Origin: Thermoproteota archaeon
Lineage (GTDB): Archaea; Thermoproteota; Bathyarchaeia; Bathyarchaeales; Bathyarchaeaceae
Reading direction: 5' to 3'
Assembly: GCA_042565955.1 (NCBI GenBank)
Contig: JBHORG010000004.1
Span: 31,677-95,676, forward strand
Length of the DNA stretch: 64,000 nucleotides
This document shows, piece by piece, positions 50,605-59,630 of this stretch. Position 1 is the stretch's first letter. Every line of letters starts with the position of its first letter. The position numbers and the translations under genes were made by a program. Below the pieces are notes generated by a model, which was not told the origin of the DNA, did no database searches, and saw nothing but the letters and a program-made list of their open reading frames with translations.

Positions 50605-51459
50605 GTGCCAATTCAGAAAAGTGACTTCATAATTGTTGATTACACAGCTAAAGTTAAAGAGACGGGAGATGTTTTCGACACAACCTCCGAGGAAATCGCC
50701 AAAGAGAGCAAACTCTACAAAGAGGGAGAACTCTACGAATCAAAACTCATAGTAGTTGGAGAAAATTGGGTACTTAAACCCCTAGACGAAGCTCTCCTAA
50801 CATTCAAAATCAAGAAGAAAGAATCAGTAGAAATTCCTCCAGAGAAAGCTTTCGGAAACCGAGATTCCGAAAAAGTAAAACTTGTACCAATCAGGCGACT
50901 TGCAGCCCGCGGAATAAACCCCCAAGTGGGAGCACAAATTGAGTATGACAAAAGACTCGCCACTGTACGAACCATTGGGTCTGGACGAGTAACACTTGAC
51001 TTCAATCCGCCGTTGGCGGGCAAGACTCTAGTTTACGAGGTTACAGTCAATAAGAAACTTAAAACTGCAGACGAAAAAATTTCTGCACTTGTTCACCGTC
51101 GAATACCCGCGGTAGAGGATAAAAAATTCATCTTTAACATTGGAAAAACAAACGTTACGATGGATATGCCTGATGAAGCCTTTTACGTTGAAGGTATACA
51201 GCTAGCAAAACGAGGAATAGCACTAGATATACAACGGTTTCTACCCGAACTAACAACTGTCAAGTTCGTTGAATCTTTCATAAATCCAGAAGCTGCTAAA
51301 AAGCCTAAAAAAGGAGCAAAAAAGAAAGCCGCCAAGAAACCTGCAAAGAAACCTAGAAAAGAAACAGCAAAGAAGACCCCTGAAAAGAAAACCAAAAACA
51401 CAGTCGCAAAGAAAACCGTAAAGAAACCAATAAAGAAAGCCACAAAGAAAACCAGCTAA
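50605..51459 (+). CDS. slyD: Long archaeal FKBP-type PPIase with Lys-rich tail
   Basis: VDYT..VKETG.VFDTT, IPPEKAFG.RD, DFNPPLAGKTL.Y. Start set to GTG at 50605. Confidence 0.92.
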   Translation: MPIQKSDFIIVDYTAKVKETGDVFDTTSEEIAKESKLYKEGELYESKLIVVGENWVLKPLDEALLTFKIKKKESVEIPPEKAFGNRDSEKVKLVPIRRLAARGINPQVGAQIEYDKRLATVRTIGSGRVTLDFNPPLAGKTLVYEVTVNKKLKTADEKISALVHRRIPAVEDKKFIFNIGKTNVTMDMPDEAFYVEGIQLAKRGIALDIQRFLPELTTVKFVESFINPEAAKKPKKGAKKKAAKKPAKKPRKETAKKTPEKKTKNTVAKKTVKKPIKKATKKTS

Positions 51460-51517
51460 ATACCAATTTCGCCGTTAAATTAGAGTAATCTATTAGTCTT
51501 TTTTTATGACTTTGACT

Positions 51518-51910
51518 TCAATGTTTGCTGCCGTTTGGGCAGCATACGATACAATGACTGTTGTCTATTGTTGGATCAGATAGTGAACATAATTCACACA
51601 TTACACCGTTTTTTCTAATTATTCCGCAGATGTAGCAAAGTTTTTCTGAAAGTTTATATTTATTCATTTGTCCATTAGCCAAAGAGGAAACTGTTTCTTT
51701 TAGAACAATATTCGCTTCTTCTATCCTTTGAACTTCAATAACTGTGCCTCTGTAGAATCTTGTGTATTTGCTCACTGCAGTTTGAGTTATTCCTAATAGT
51801 GCAGCTACATCTTTTTGTTTGAGTCCATAAAACTGTATAAGCTCTCTTGCTATGGCTGATCGGATGGCTGGAATTACCGATTTAACTGCAACTTCGCAGG
51901 GTAGAAGCAA
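51518..51910 (-). CDS. Predicted XRE-like transcription regulator with Cys-rich C-terminus
   Basis: PCE...IPAIR..IA, GLKQKDVAALLGITQTAVSKY, CYIC, CELC. Confidence 0.85.
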   Translation of the reverse strand: MLLPCEVAVKSVIPAIRSAIARELIQFYGLKQKDVAALLGITQTAVSKYTRFYRGTVIEVQRIEEANIVLKETVSSLANGQMNKYKLSEKLCYICGIIRKNGVMCELCSLSDPTIDNSHCIVCCPNGSKH

Positions 51911-52054
51911 ATTCTTTCACTGGTTATATTATTATTCTGGAATATATATAAGCATGACGTATGTCATATTTTTTTAAGTGTAACAACGAGAAAACAAACA
52001 GGAAACACGCAAAACTCAAAGACTCAAAATTAACTCAATACCTCATTTGTTGTT

Positions 52055-52726
52055 CTATTTACTACTGAAAATGAAACCCAATATCTTCTCTTTCTCAATA
52101 AGAGAATTAATTACCATATCAGGATGTTCTTCTTGAAGCTCCTTTTCACTATAGACTCCCGAAGAAACAGCTATGCACTTCATGTTTGCCTCCTTAGCGG
52201 CTTTAACACCAAAAACCGAATCTTCAACAACCACACATTCTATTGAGTCCACTCCCATCTTTCTTGCAGACATTAAGAAAACTTCAGGATCAGGCTTCGG
52301 ATTTACAACTTCATCTGCAGAAACCACAACATCAAAATACGTATCAATTCCTTTCTCAAAAAGTAACTTGTCAACAACTTTTCTATTACTCATAGTTGCT
52401 AACGCAATCCTCATTTTTCCATGTAGAGCCTCCAAAAGTTCAGTTACTCCATCAAAAAGGCTTACACTACCTGTGAGTCCTACCTGAATTCCAATTTTTT
52501 CTCCTGCAACCTTTTCTAGAATCAAAACATCAAATTGCATATGGCATTCTCTGAAGGCTTCAATAATGGTTTTTTTTGTTCCAATTCCAATTCGTCTTTC
52601 TATGAACTCATCATTAACAACGCAATCCGCTACTCTTAATGCATCCTGGAAAGACTGTACTACCACCCTCTTAGTATCCGCGAGTGTTCCATCTAAATCA
52701 AAGATAACTGCTTTAGCCATTAACAT
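52055..52726 (-). CDS. HAD-superfamily phosphatase (beta-PGM/CbbY-like)
   Basis: FDLDGTL.DT, KPDPEVF, VVVEDS..GVKAA. Confidence 0.9.
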   Translation of the reverse strand: MLMAKAVIFDLDGTLADTKRVVVQSFQDALRVADCVVNDEFIERRIGIGTKKTIIEAFRECHMQFDVLILEKVAGEKIGIQVGLTGSVSLFDGVTELLEALHGKMRIALATMSNRKVVDKLLFEKGIDTYFDVVVSADEVVNPKPDPEVFLMSARKMGVDSIECVVVEDSVFGVKAAKEANMKCIAVSSGVYSEKELQEEHPDMVINSLIEKEKILGFIFSSK

Positions 52727-52750
52727 CCCAATTCATAAATTCAATGTTGC

Positions 52751-54298
52751 TTATCGTTCTAGAATGAACGGTTTTTCATAGTATATCTTCTTAGTTGGAA
52801 TCCGGTCAATTAACATTTTCTCACCGAATTTCCCAGTTACACCAAATGGAATAAGTTTCTGGGCTAATAGAACTGCCGACTCAAGTTTCTGTGTACTTCC
52901 AGAATATACCTTGTATAGTACATCTCCTGTTGTAACCTTGTCTCCAAGTTTCTTTTTCAACAGAACTCCAGCTCCCTTAATTTTGGGAGCCCCTGCTTCT
53001 CTTGCTATATGCGCTATTGACCGGTTGTTTATCCATTGAACTCTCCCAGTCTCCTCTGAATAAATCTCCACAACTTCTTTTCCAATCTCTATGTCCTCCG
53101 GTTTTAAGTTAGGATTGCCGCCTTGAGCAGCAATAATCTCCCTGAGTTTGTCTTCAGCTTTACCTGACCTGAGAATCCTTTTTGCTTCTCGAATACCATC
53201 TTTGGCTCCCATCATTTCAAAGAGTAAACCCGCTAAACCAGTAGCTTTGTTTACTAAGTCTATTGGGCCTTCACCCATCAGCGTCGAAAGTGCTTCTCTT
53301 GCTTCAAGGGCTGGTCCAACGGTGTATCCGATTGGTTGTTCCCCAAAGGTGACTCCACATTGAACATGTATGTCCAATCTTTTGCCAAGTTCTATGAACT
53401 CTTGTGCAAGAGCTTGTGCTTCCCCGATGGTCTTGATCTTTGCACCTCTTCCGGTAGGTATGTCTACCACAATGTAATCTGCACCTATCGCCTTCTTCTT
53501 GCTCATAATTGAGGGCAAAAGAAGAGGATCAATGGAAAGAGGATACTCAACTTGGATCAGCAGATCGTCCGCCGGAGCAAGATCAAGGGCTCCACCCCAA
53601 GTTAGGCACGCATTAGTTTTTTTCACTACATTTCTCATCTCTTCAGCTGAAAGGTCAACAGGGCACAAGACCTCCACTCGGTCCGCTGTTCCCGCTGGAG
53701 AAGTTATTGCTCGAGAGGATGTTTTTGGAATCGTGAAACCCGCAGATGCTACTATTGGTATCACGAGGATTGTAGTTTTGTCTCCTGGTACTCCCCCAAT
53801 ACTATGTTTGTCTAAAATGCCTCTTTTCCCGAAATCTAAAGTTTTTCCTGTTTCCACCATTGCTTTTGTTAGTGCCTCAACTTCATCCATACTGGTTCCG
53901 TGAATTTGTAGACTTGTTACGAATGAGGCTAGTTCAACATCACTCAGGTGTCTTTCAACAACATCCAGAATTATCATTTTGATTTCTTTTGTTCCGAGTC
54001 TTCGTCCCATAATCTTATCACGGATATATCCGAGGGATTCTGGTCTTTCAGCAGGTCGGACAGTCACAATTTCTCCTTCTTGGGCTTTCAGTTCATCATA
54101 TACCTCTTCGTAAATCCCCAACTTTCTTTTAGGAAAGTCTGTGGCTACGTTAGCAATGGCTATTATGTTTCGTTTCTTATATGTAACCTGAACCCTATCA
54201 GAAGAGTGAATTCCCATCAGGCTCGCATTTTCATCATCTATTACTATTATCTGTTTTCCGCCCGATCTGATTCCTAAAAGCTTGACCTTGAACTCCAT
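52751..54298 (-). CDS. deoA: AMP phosphorylase
   Basis: N-terminal barrel extension, DKHSIGGVPG, PKTSSRAITSPAGTAD, SIMSKK, GPALEA. Confidence 0.96.
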   Translation of the reverse strand: MEFKVKLLGIRSGGKQIIVIDDENASLMGIHSSDRVQVTYKKRNIIAIANVATDFPKRKLGIYEEVYDELKAQEGEIVTVRPAERPESLGYIRDKIMGRRLGTKEIKMIILDVVERHLSDVELASFVTSLQIHGTSMDEVEALTKAMVETGKTLDFGKRGILDKHSIGGVPGDKTTILVIPIVASAGFTIPKTSSRAITSPAGTADRVEVLCPVDLSAEEMRNVVKKTNACLTWGGALDLAPADDLLIQVEYPLSIDPLLLPSIMSKKKAIGADYIVVDIPTGRGAKIKTIGEAQALAQEFIELGKRLDIHVQCGVTFGEQPIGYTVGPALEAREALSTLMGEGPIDLVNKATGLAGLLFEMMGAKDGIREAKRILRSGKAEDKLREIIAAQGGNPNLKPEDIEIGKEVVEIYSEETGRVQWINNRSIAHIAREAGAPKIKGAGVLLKKKLGDKVTTGDVLYKVYSGSTQKLESAVLLAQKLIPFGVTGKFGEKMLIDRIPTKKIYYEKPFILER

Positions 54299-54373
54299 AG
54301 CTTTCTACACCCGCTAATCTATAACCTTGTCACAATTATAATATTAGTTGAGTTATACTTAGAGAGTTGTTGA

Positions 54374-55600
54374 TTGACGTTGAAATACGTAGATTATGTT
54401 GACCAGTCTTATGAACCAAAAAAAACTGATGTAATCTGTGACTTCTATGTGGAACCAGAAGGCATCAGTCTGACAGAAGCGGCCGGAGGAGTTGCAGCCG
54501 AGAGTTCTGTGGGAACTTGGACAGAACTCACAACAATAAAGCCATATGTAGAACAGCTTGCGGCTTGTGTCTTCAGCGTTGATGGCAATAATATTCGTAT
54601 CGCTTATCCAATTGAACTATTTGAACACTCCAACATGCCTAACATCTTGAGTAGCGTGGCTGGAAACGTCTTTGGATTACGTACACTGAAGAATTTACGC
54701 CTGAACGACATTCATTTGCCTAGAAAATTGGTTCGAAGCTTCAAGGGACCCATGTATGGAATAAAAGGAATCCGTAACCTGCTTGGTGTTAAAGGCCGAC
54801 CCTTAGTCGGTACAATCATCAAGCCGAAACTGGGGTTGATGACAAAGGACCATGTAAAAATTGCATATGATGCTTGGGTTGGCGGATGCGATGTTGTAAA
54901 AGACGATGAGAACCTTAGCAGTCAACTTTTCAATCCTTTTGATGACCGTGTGGTGAAGACTCTTGAGATGCGGGATCGCGCTGAGAATGAAACTGGGGAA
55001 AAGAAAGTGTACATGGGTAACATTACTTCAGAAACAAAAGAGATGCTAAAACGAGCCCAGTTTATCAAAGATCATGGTGGAAGATACTTGATGGTTGACA
55101 TTTTGACTTGTGGATTCTCTGCGCTTCAAACACTACGAGAGCAAGATTTTGGTCTGGTGATTCATGCACACCGCGCAGGACATGCAGCTTTCACTAAGAA
55201 TCCAAAACATGGAATCTCAATGAAGGTTATCGCAAAGGTTGCTAGGATCATTGGTGTTGATCAGCTTCACGTAGGCACGGTTGTGGGGAAAATGTCTGAG
55301 ACAAAAGAAGAGGTTTCAGAGAACTGTGAGGCAATAGCATCCGAAATGGATGGTTTACTGAAAGTCTTACCTGTTGCATCTGGAGGTCTCTATCCAAGTC
55401 TAGTTCCAGCTTTGATGAATTTTTTTGGGAACGATTTTGTTATTCAGGCTGGAGGAGGAATTCATGGACATACAGGCGGGACAGTTTCGGGGGCCACTGC
55501 TATGAGGCAAGCAGTGAACGCAATCCTGAATGAAGTTTCCCTACAAGATTACGCGAAAACTCACAAGGAACTGCGTGTAGCACTAGACCTATGGAAGTGA
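54374..55600 (+). CDS. rbcL: Form III RuBisCO
   Basis: AESSVGTWT, GNVFG, IIKPKLG, DVVKDDE, HAHRA, HVGTVVGKM, SGG, QAGGG; divergent from AMP phosphorylase. Confidence 0.96.
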   Translation: MTLKYVDYVDQSYEPKKTDVICDFYVEPEGISLTEAAGGVAAESSVGTWTELTTIKPYVEQLAACVFSVDGNNIRIAYPIELFEHSNMPNILSSVAGNVFGLRTLKNLRLNDIHLPRKLVRSFKGPMYGIKGIRNLLGVKGRPLVGTIIKPKLGLMTKDHVKIAYDAWVGGCDVVKDDENLSSQLFNPFDDRVVKTLEMRDRAENETGEKKVYMGNITSETKEMLKRAQFIKDHGGRYLMVDILTCGFSALQTLREQDFGLVIHAHRAGHAAFTKNPKHGISMKVIAKVARIIGVDQLHVGTVVGKMSETKEEVSENCEAIASEMDGLLKVLPVASGGLYPSLVPALMNFFGNDFVIQAGGGIHGHTGGTVSGATAMRQAVNAILNEVSLQDYAKTHKELRVALDLWK

Positions 55601-55654
55601 CTGCTATCATTCCTACTTTTCTGTTTACACTTTGATCAAAAATCATGTATGCTA

Positions 55655-56287
55655 TTATTGCCTCTTTACTTTGAATGGAGTTCTATAACCTTTTGCTACT
55701 AGTTTTGTGTGGATGGCATTCTTCAATTCTCCTACTCCCTTTCCCGTCTTTAAACTCGTCGTGAAAACGTGGTCTCTAACAATAGATAGTTGACCGCTAC
55801 TTATTCGATTCAAAAACTCGTTTAGGTTAGCCGCAATTTCACTTTTCTTTTCCTTATCAATCTTGTTAGCCACCACTACTGGAAACTCGCCTAAAATATC
55901 CGCCAAAAACCTCACCATTTCTACATCCACCGACATGAATCCCTTCTTTTCTAAACGCCATGTTACCTCCAAGAACGTTGAAATGTCAAAAACTGCTATA
56001 GCAAGGATTATGTCTTGGGCGTTGAATTCCAAAAACTCAATTATCTCGTCATTAACCCTATCTTCAAAACGTTTAGAAACTCCAACCATTTTTCCCAGCC
56101 CTGGGAGGTCTACAAGGACTAAGCCGTCACTCAGGGGATACTTTGAAACCTTACGGGTAGTTCCTGCATGTTTACCAGTCGTTATATTCAAACCTGAGAG
56201 TTCCTTGATGAGACTGCTCTTTCCTGCGTTGGGTCTTCCGGCAAATACAACATATTTTTCTTGCATACTATGTAGTATGGTGTGCAT
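55655..56287 (-). CDS. engB: GTP-binding protein EngB/YihA family
   Basis: GRPNAGKS, GTT, DLPG, NKID. Confidence 0.88.
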   Translation of the reverse strand: MHTILHSMQEKYVVFAGRPNAGKSSLIKELSGLNITTGKHAGTTRKVSKYPLSDGLVLVDLPGLGKMVGVSKRFEDRVNDEIIEFLEFNAQDIILAIAVFDISTFLEVTWRLEKKGFMSVDVEMVRFLADILGEFPVVVANKIDKEKKSEIAANLNEFLNRISSGQLSIVRDHVFTTSLKTGKGVGELKNAIHTKLVAKGYRTPFKVKRQ

Positions 56288-56470
56288 TGCACTTGAACGT
56301 AACTCAAAGAAAGATTCAATTTAACCTTTGAATTAAAGCCTAATTGTGGTTCACCAAGTTGGTGGGTACTTATTAACCCAGGGGGTATTTGTAAGGGGTC
56401 TTTTTTCGCATGATTGGCTTTTTGCTATTGCTGGTTTTCGTGTTGATGATGACGTCTTTTCGATTTTTTG

Positions 56471-57895
56471 TTAACGTTCTCGTTTACGTTTATCAATTAG
56501 AGGCATTCGAATTCTAATAGTGGCCTTATTTCCATATATGCTGTACTTGTGGAGCTTTCTACCCTCCGGAATCCGCTCCACCAATCCACACCTTACCAGA
56601 GTCTCCAAATTTCTCCAAAGCCCCTTTTTAGCCCCCTTTTTCAGTTCCATCTTTTCGAACAACTCTGTCACCGTCATCGGCGAAGCATGTTTCTGATAAT
56701 GCGAAGCCAATTCAATGAGAATCTGTCTGTTCCGTTTCGAGCCTAAAGCATCAAACGTTTTTTCAGTCAATTCTTCTGGAACAAACAAACTCTCGTGAGT
56801 ACCCATAATCGTCTCCATCGCTTCATAATACGGTTTTATGAAATCCCAGTAACATCTCAAACAAAGCCGTTTAGTGTCACGGGATACTATCTCATTTTCC
56901 ACAAGTTTTTGTGTCACAAGTTTTTTCCAACATGGCTCCTCACCCTTCTTTCTAGTTACTGGAGCAAAAGGCTGAATAATGTTTCTTATCAAATAATCAA
57001 TAAAATTTGAAGAAACTTTTTCCTGTTCGTAAATCTTGCGGCTAACATCTCTATACGAATCGCTTATGAACAATGTCTCATCTGGATTAAGGTCTCTTGA
57101 TTGAAGATATCTCATTGGCTTTCCCGAGATCGTAACTGGATCAGGTAAAACAACAGTCGCGGGATATTCAATACCCTGATCTGTGCAGATCAACTTTTTT
57201 AAGATGGAGAGTCCTGCATTCGACTTGTCGAAGATGTTATAGGCTGTTCCTAAATAACTAAGAGACTCTAATCCCCAGCTGACATACGGGTACGTCTTGA
57301 TTTCTGTCCCAAGTTTGTTTCTGTCAAACAGATAAATCTTCAGAAGCTCTTTTTCGTAATCGGTGAGCGTATAGCTCTTTTCTTTGAGCTTAACTTTTGA
57401 TACTTCACGAAGCTTCTCCAATGTGTTTATTTGGCTAAGGACGTTCTGGAGACTCTTTTCAAAATCAAGAATTCTTAATATACTGTAAACGTCTCTTTGG
57501 ATTTCCACTCGGTCTTCGATAATTACTGCCTTTGTACTTGGAGAAAATACTCCCTGAAAAAACTTGTGTGCCTCTGCAACCCGTTCTCTGATGTCTCCGC
57601 GGTGATAACCTCTACCAATATCTCGTAAAGCTCCAATATACACAACTGGGCTGATTGAATAGCCACTGTCTATGAGCCCCTCAACAAGAAAGAGCGGAAG
57701 AAAATGTTTTAGTTGTGCAATTTCTAAGTCGGCATGGAACGCAACCACTATAATCGCATTTAGTTTCCGTCTTTTCCATTCTTCACCTACCCCGTCAACA
57801 ATTCGAATTCTTTCAATCTCAGGAAAACGTTGGCTGAACCATTCTTCAGTCAACAACGGTAGCGGAATACCATCTTGCCTGTCTTTTGTAGTCAT
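56471..57895 (-). CDS. Hypothetical protein: degenerate class Ic aminoacyl-tRNA-synthetase-like domain plus C-terminal winged HTH
   Basis: PDPVTISGKPM...LFISDSYRDVSRKI resembles the KMSKS region of TyrRS/TrpRS; FDALGSKRNRQILIEL...MTVTEL...WRNLETLVRCGLVE is ArsR-like. Confidence 0.6.
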   Translation of the reverse strand: MTTKDRQDGIPLPLLTEEWFSQRFPEIERIRIVDGVGEEWKRRKLNAIIVVAFHADLEIAQLKHFLPLFLVEGLIDSGYSISPVVYIGALRDIGRGYHRGDIRERVAEAHKFFQGVFSPSTKAVIIEDRVEIQRDVYSILRILDFEKSLQNVLSQINTLEKLREVSKVKLKEKSYTLTDYEKELLKIYLFDRNKLGTEIKTYPYVSWGLESLSYLGTAYNIFDKSNAGLSILKKLICTDQGIEYPATVVLPDPVTISGKPMRYLQSRDLNPDETLFISDSYRDVSRKIYEQEKVSSNFIDYLIRNIIQPFAPVTRKKGEEPCWKKLVTQKLVENEIVSRDTKRLCLRCYWDFIKPYYEAMETIMGTHESLFVPEELTEKTFDALGSKRNRQILIELASHYQKHASPMTVTELFEKMELKKGAKKGLWRNLETLVRCGLVERIPEGRKLHKYSIYGNKATIRIRMPLIDKRKRER

Positions 57896-57954
57896 CTCAT
57901 ATTATTCCCCTTTTTTGGCTTTGTTACATATTGCTTCATTTATGAAGAATAATG

Positions 57955-58033
57955 GTAACATTTACTGTAACTAACTAGTACTTATCATATTTTGCCTTTA
58001 TAATATATAAATTTAAGTTACAAATAATGTAAC
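57955..58033. promoter_or_regulatory. Two GT(T/A)ACA-N5-TGTAAC palindromes flanking a TATA-like box
   Basis: GTAACA-TTTAC-TGTAAC at 57955-57971 and GTTACA-AATAA-TGTAAC at 58017-58033, with TTTATAATATATAAA between them. Confidence 0.6.
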
Positions 58034-58464
58034 CAAAAATTCTAACCCCTTACTTTTTTCTCCTCAAAGAATTATTCGCCCCGTTAGACTATACTAATTC
58101 CGTGAAATGGAATGCAGAAACATCCTCGCAGTAGCCAAACGTTGGCTAAGATAATAACAAAACCACAAACAAACACAGAGAAACCAAAAAGACCCCTGTC
58201 CATGTGGTGCCGAGGAATCATGGGTAGCTGCATAAACTACGGTTGCTACGTCTAAACGATAACAACTGATAACTATTAACAAAAACTAATCTTTCCAAAT
58301 ATGATAACGGATTTCTCCATTTTCTGTTACAAAATCCACCAAAATCTCAAACGTTCAGACGATTGAATCCAAATCTTTCTTTTAATTATGCTGGTTCATC
58401 CGAGTTTATTTGTACATCTTAAAAAATGTTTACATTGTATACAATACTGAGGAACAACGAGCAT

Positions 58465-58695
58465 GACTGGAAGTCCTTTTCGAATATGGACTCAATAGAC
58501 TGGATACTGTAAACGGGCAATCCCTCACTGCGATATTTCACGTTCACTGACATCTTATATAAACCAGAAATATAATATGACGTAATAGCGGTAAAAAACG
58601 AGATAATTTACAATGGAGTAGTTCCCAAGATTTTAATGAGGTAGAATGACTACGGTTACTGGGATACTTTAGAAGAAATATTACACCTAACCTAA
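58465..58695 (+). pseudogene. Decayed N-terminal remnant of a prenyltransferase/squalene-cyclase-repeat-like protein
   Basis: DWKSFSNMDSIDWIL*TGNPSLRYFTFTDIL...*...GVVPKILMR*NDYGYW, with three in-frame stops. Confidence 0.55.
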
Positions 58696-58820
58696 TCTTC
58701 TTGTCTACGCAAAGTAGACTAATTTCGTATTTATATCATATTTATCTAAAGCCAGAGCACCATAATTATTTTACTCAGGATTAGACACCTTAAAATAATC
58801 TAATTTCCTATACATGAAAC

Positions 58821-59627
58821 TTGAGACTAAACTCCATGACTGATGATTTTTATTCCCTGAAAAAGGTTGCAGAAGGTAAAACCAAGATAATCTATGAAAA
58901 TCCGAAAGACCCAAAAACCGCGTTCATGGTCTTCAAAGATGACATAACAGCAGGAGACGGCGTAAAACATGACATTATCAAAGGCAAAGCTCTAATCGAC
59001 TGGAAAACCAACAGGGACATCTTCGAACTGTTAAATCGTAAAGGTGCTCGGACCCACTACATTTCTAGCCCAAAGGAAAAAGTCACAATCGTCAAGAAAC
59101 TTGACCGAAAAATAAACCTTGAAGTGGTGTCTCGAAGAATCGCAGCAGGTTCGATATTGAAGTGGGGAACCATATCAGAGGGAACAAGATTTGATCCAGT
59201 TATCACTCAATTCCATTACAAGGATGATCCTCTACATGATCCTATGTTGAATGACATGTACATCGACTATATTATCAAAGAAAAAAAGGGTACCGAATAT
59301 GCTGAAATGCGTAGACTAAATACTGAAATCTTTCTTCACCTAGAAAGAGCTTTTGCACAGTTTGATATCCAGTTGGTTGACATGAAGCTTGAATATGGAA
59401 TCATCGAAGGAATCGTCTATTTGATCGATGAAATTACAGGAGGCTCCTTCAGATTATGGCCTTATGCTCATCAAAATCCAGATTTCAATCAACCTAATGT
59501 GTTAATAGAACTGAATCCAAATGGAAGACTCGATAAGGACATCTACAGAATGGGCGAAAACGTCGAGAAGGTTCTAACAAAATTTGAGGAAATATCAAAA
59601 ATAACCGCGAAATTCAAAGACCTATAA
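58821..59627 (+). CDS. purC: SAICAR synthetase
   Basis: EGKTKIIY, FKDDITAGDG, LEVVSR..AAGS, YKDDPLHDP, LVDMKLEYG, DEI. Confidence 0.95.
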   Translation: MRLNSMTDDFYSLKKVAEGKTKIIYENPKDPKTAFMVFKDDITAGDGVKHDIIKGKALIDWKTNRDIFELLNRKGARTHYISSPKEKVTIVKKLDRKINLEVVSRRIAAGSILKWGTISEGTRFDPVITQFHYKDDPLHDPMLNDMYIDYIIKEKKGTEYAEMRRLNTEIFLHLERAFAQFDIQLVDMKLEYGIIEGIVYLIDEITGGSFRLWPYAHQNPDFNQPNVLIELNPNGRLDKDIYRMGENVEKVLTKFEEISKITAKFKDL

Positions 59628-59630
59628 ATT

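Noticed and set aside
56379-56400. GGGGGTATTTGTAAGGGG resembling 5701-5716 as possible mobile element ends
   Set aside because: Short imperfect match, with no transposase, target duplication or integrase anywhere in the window.
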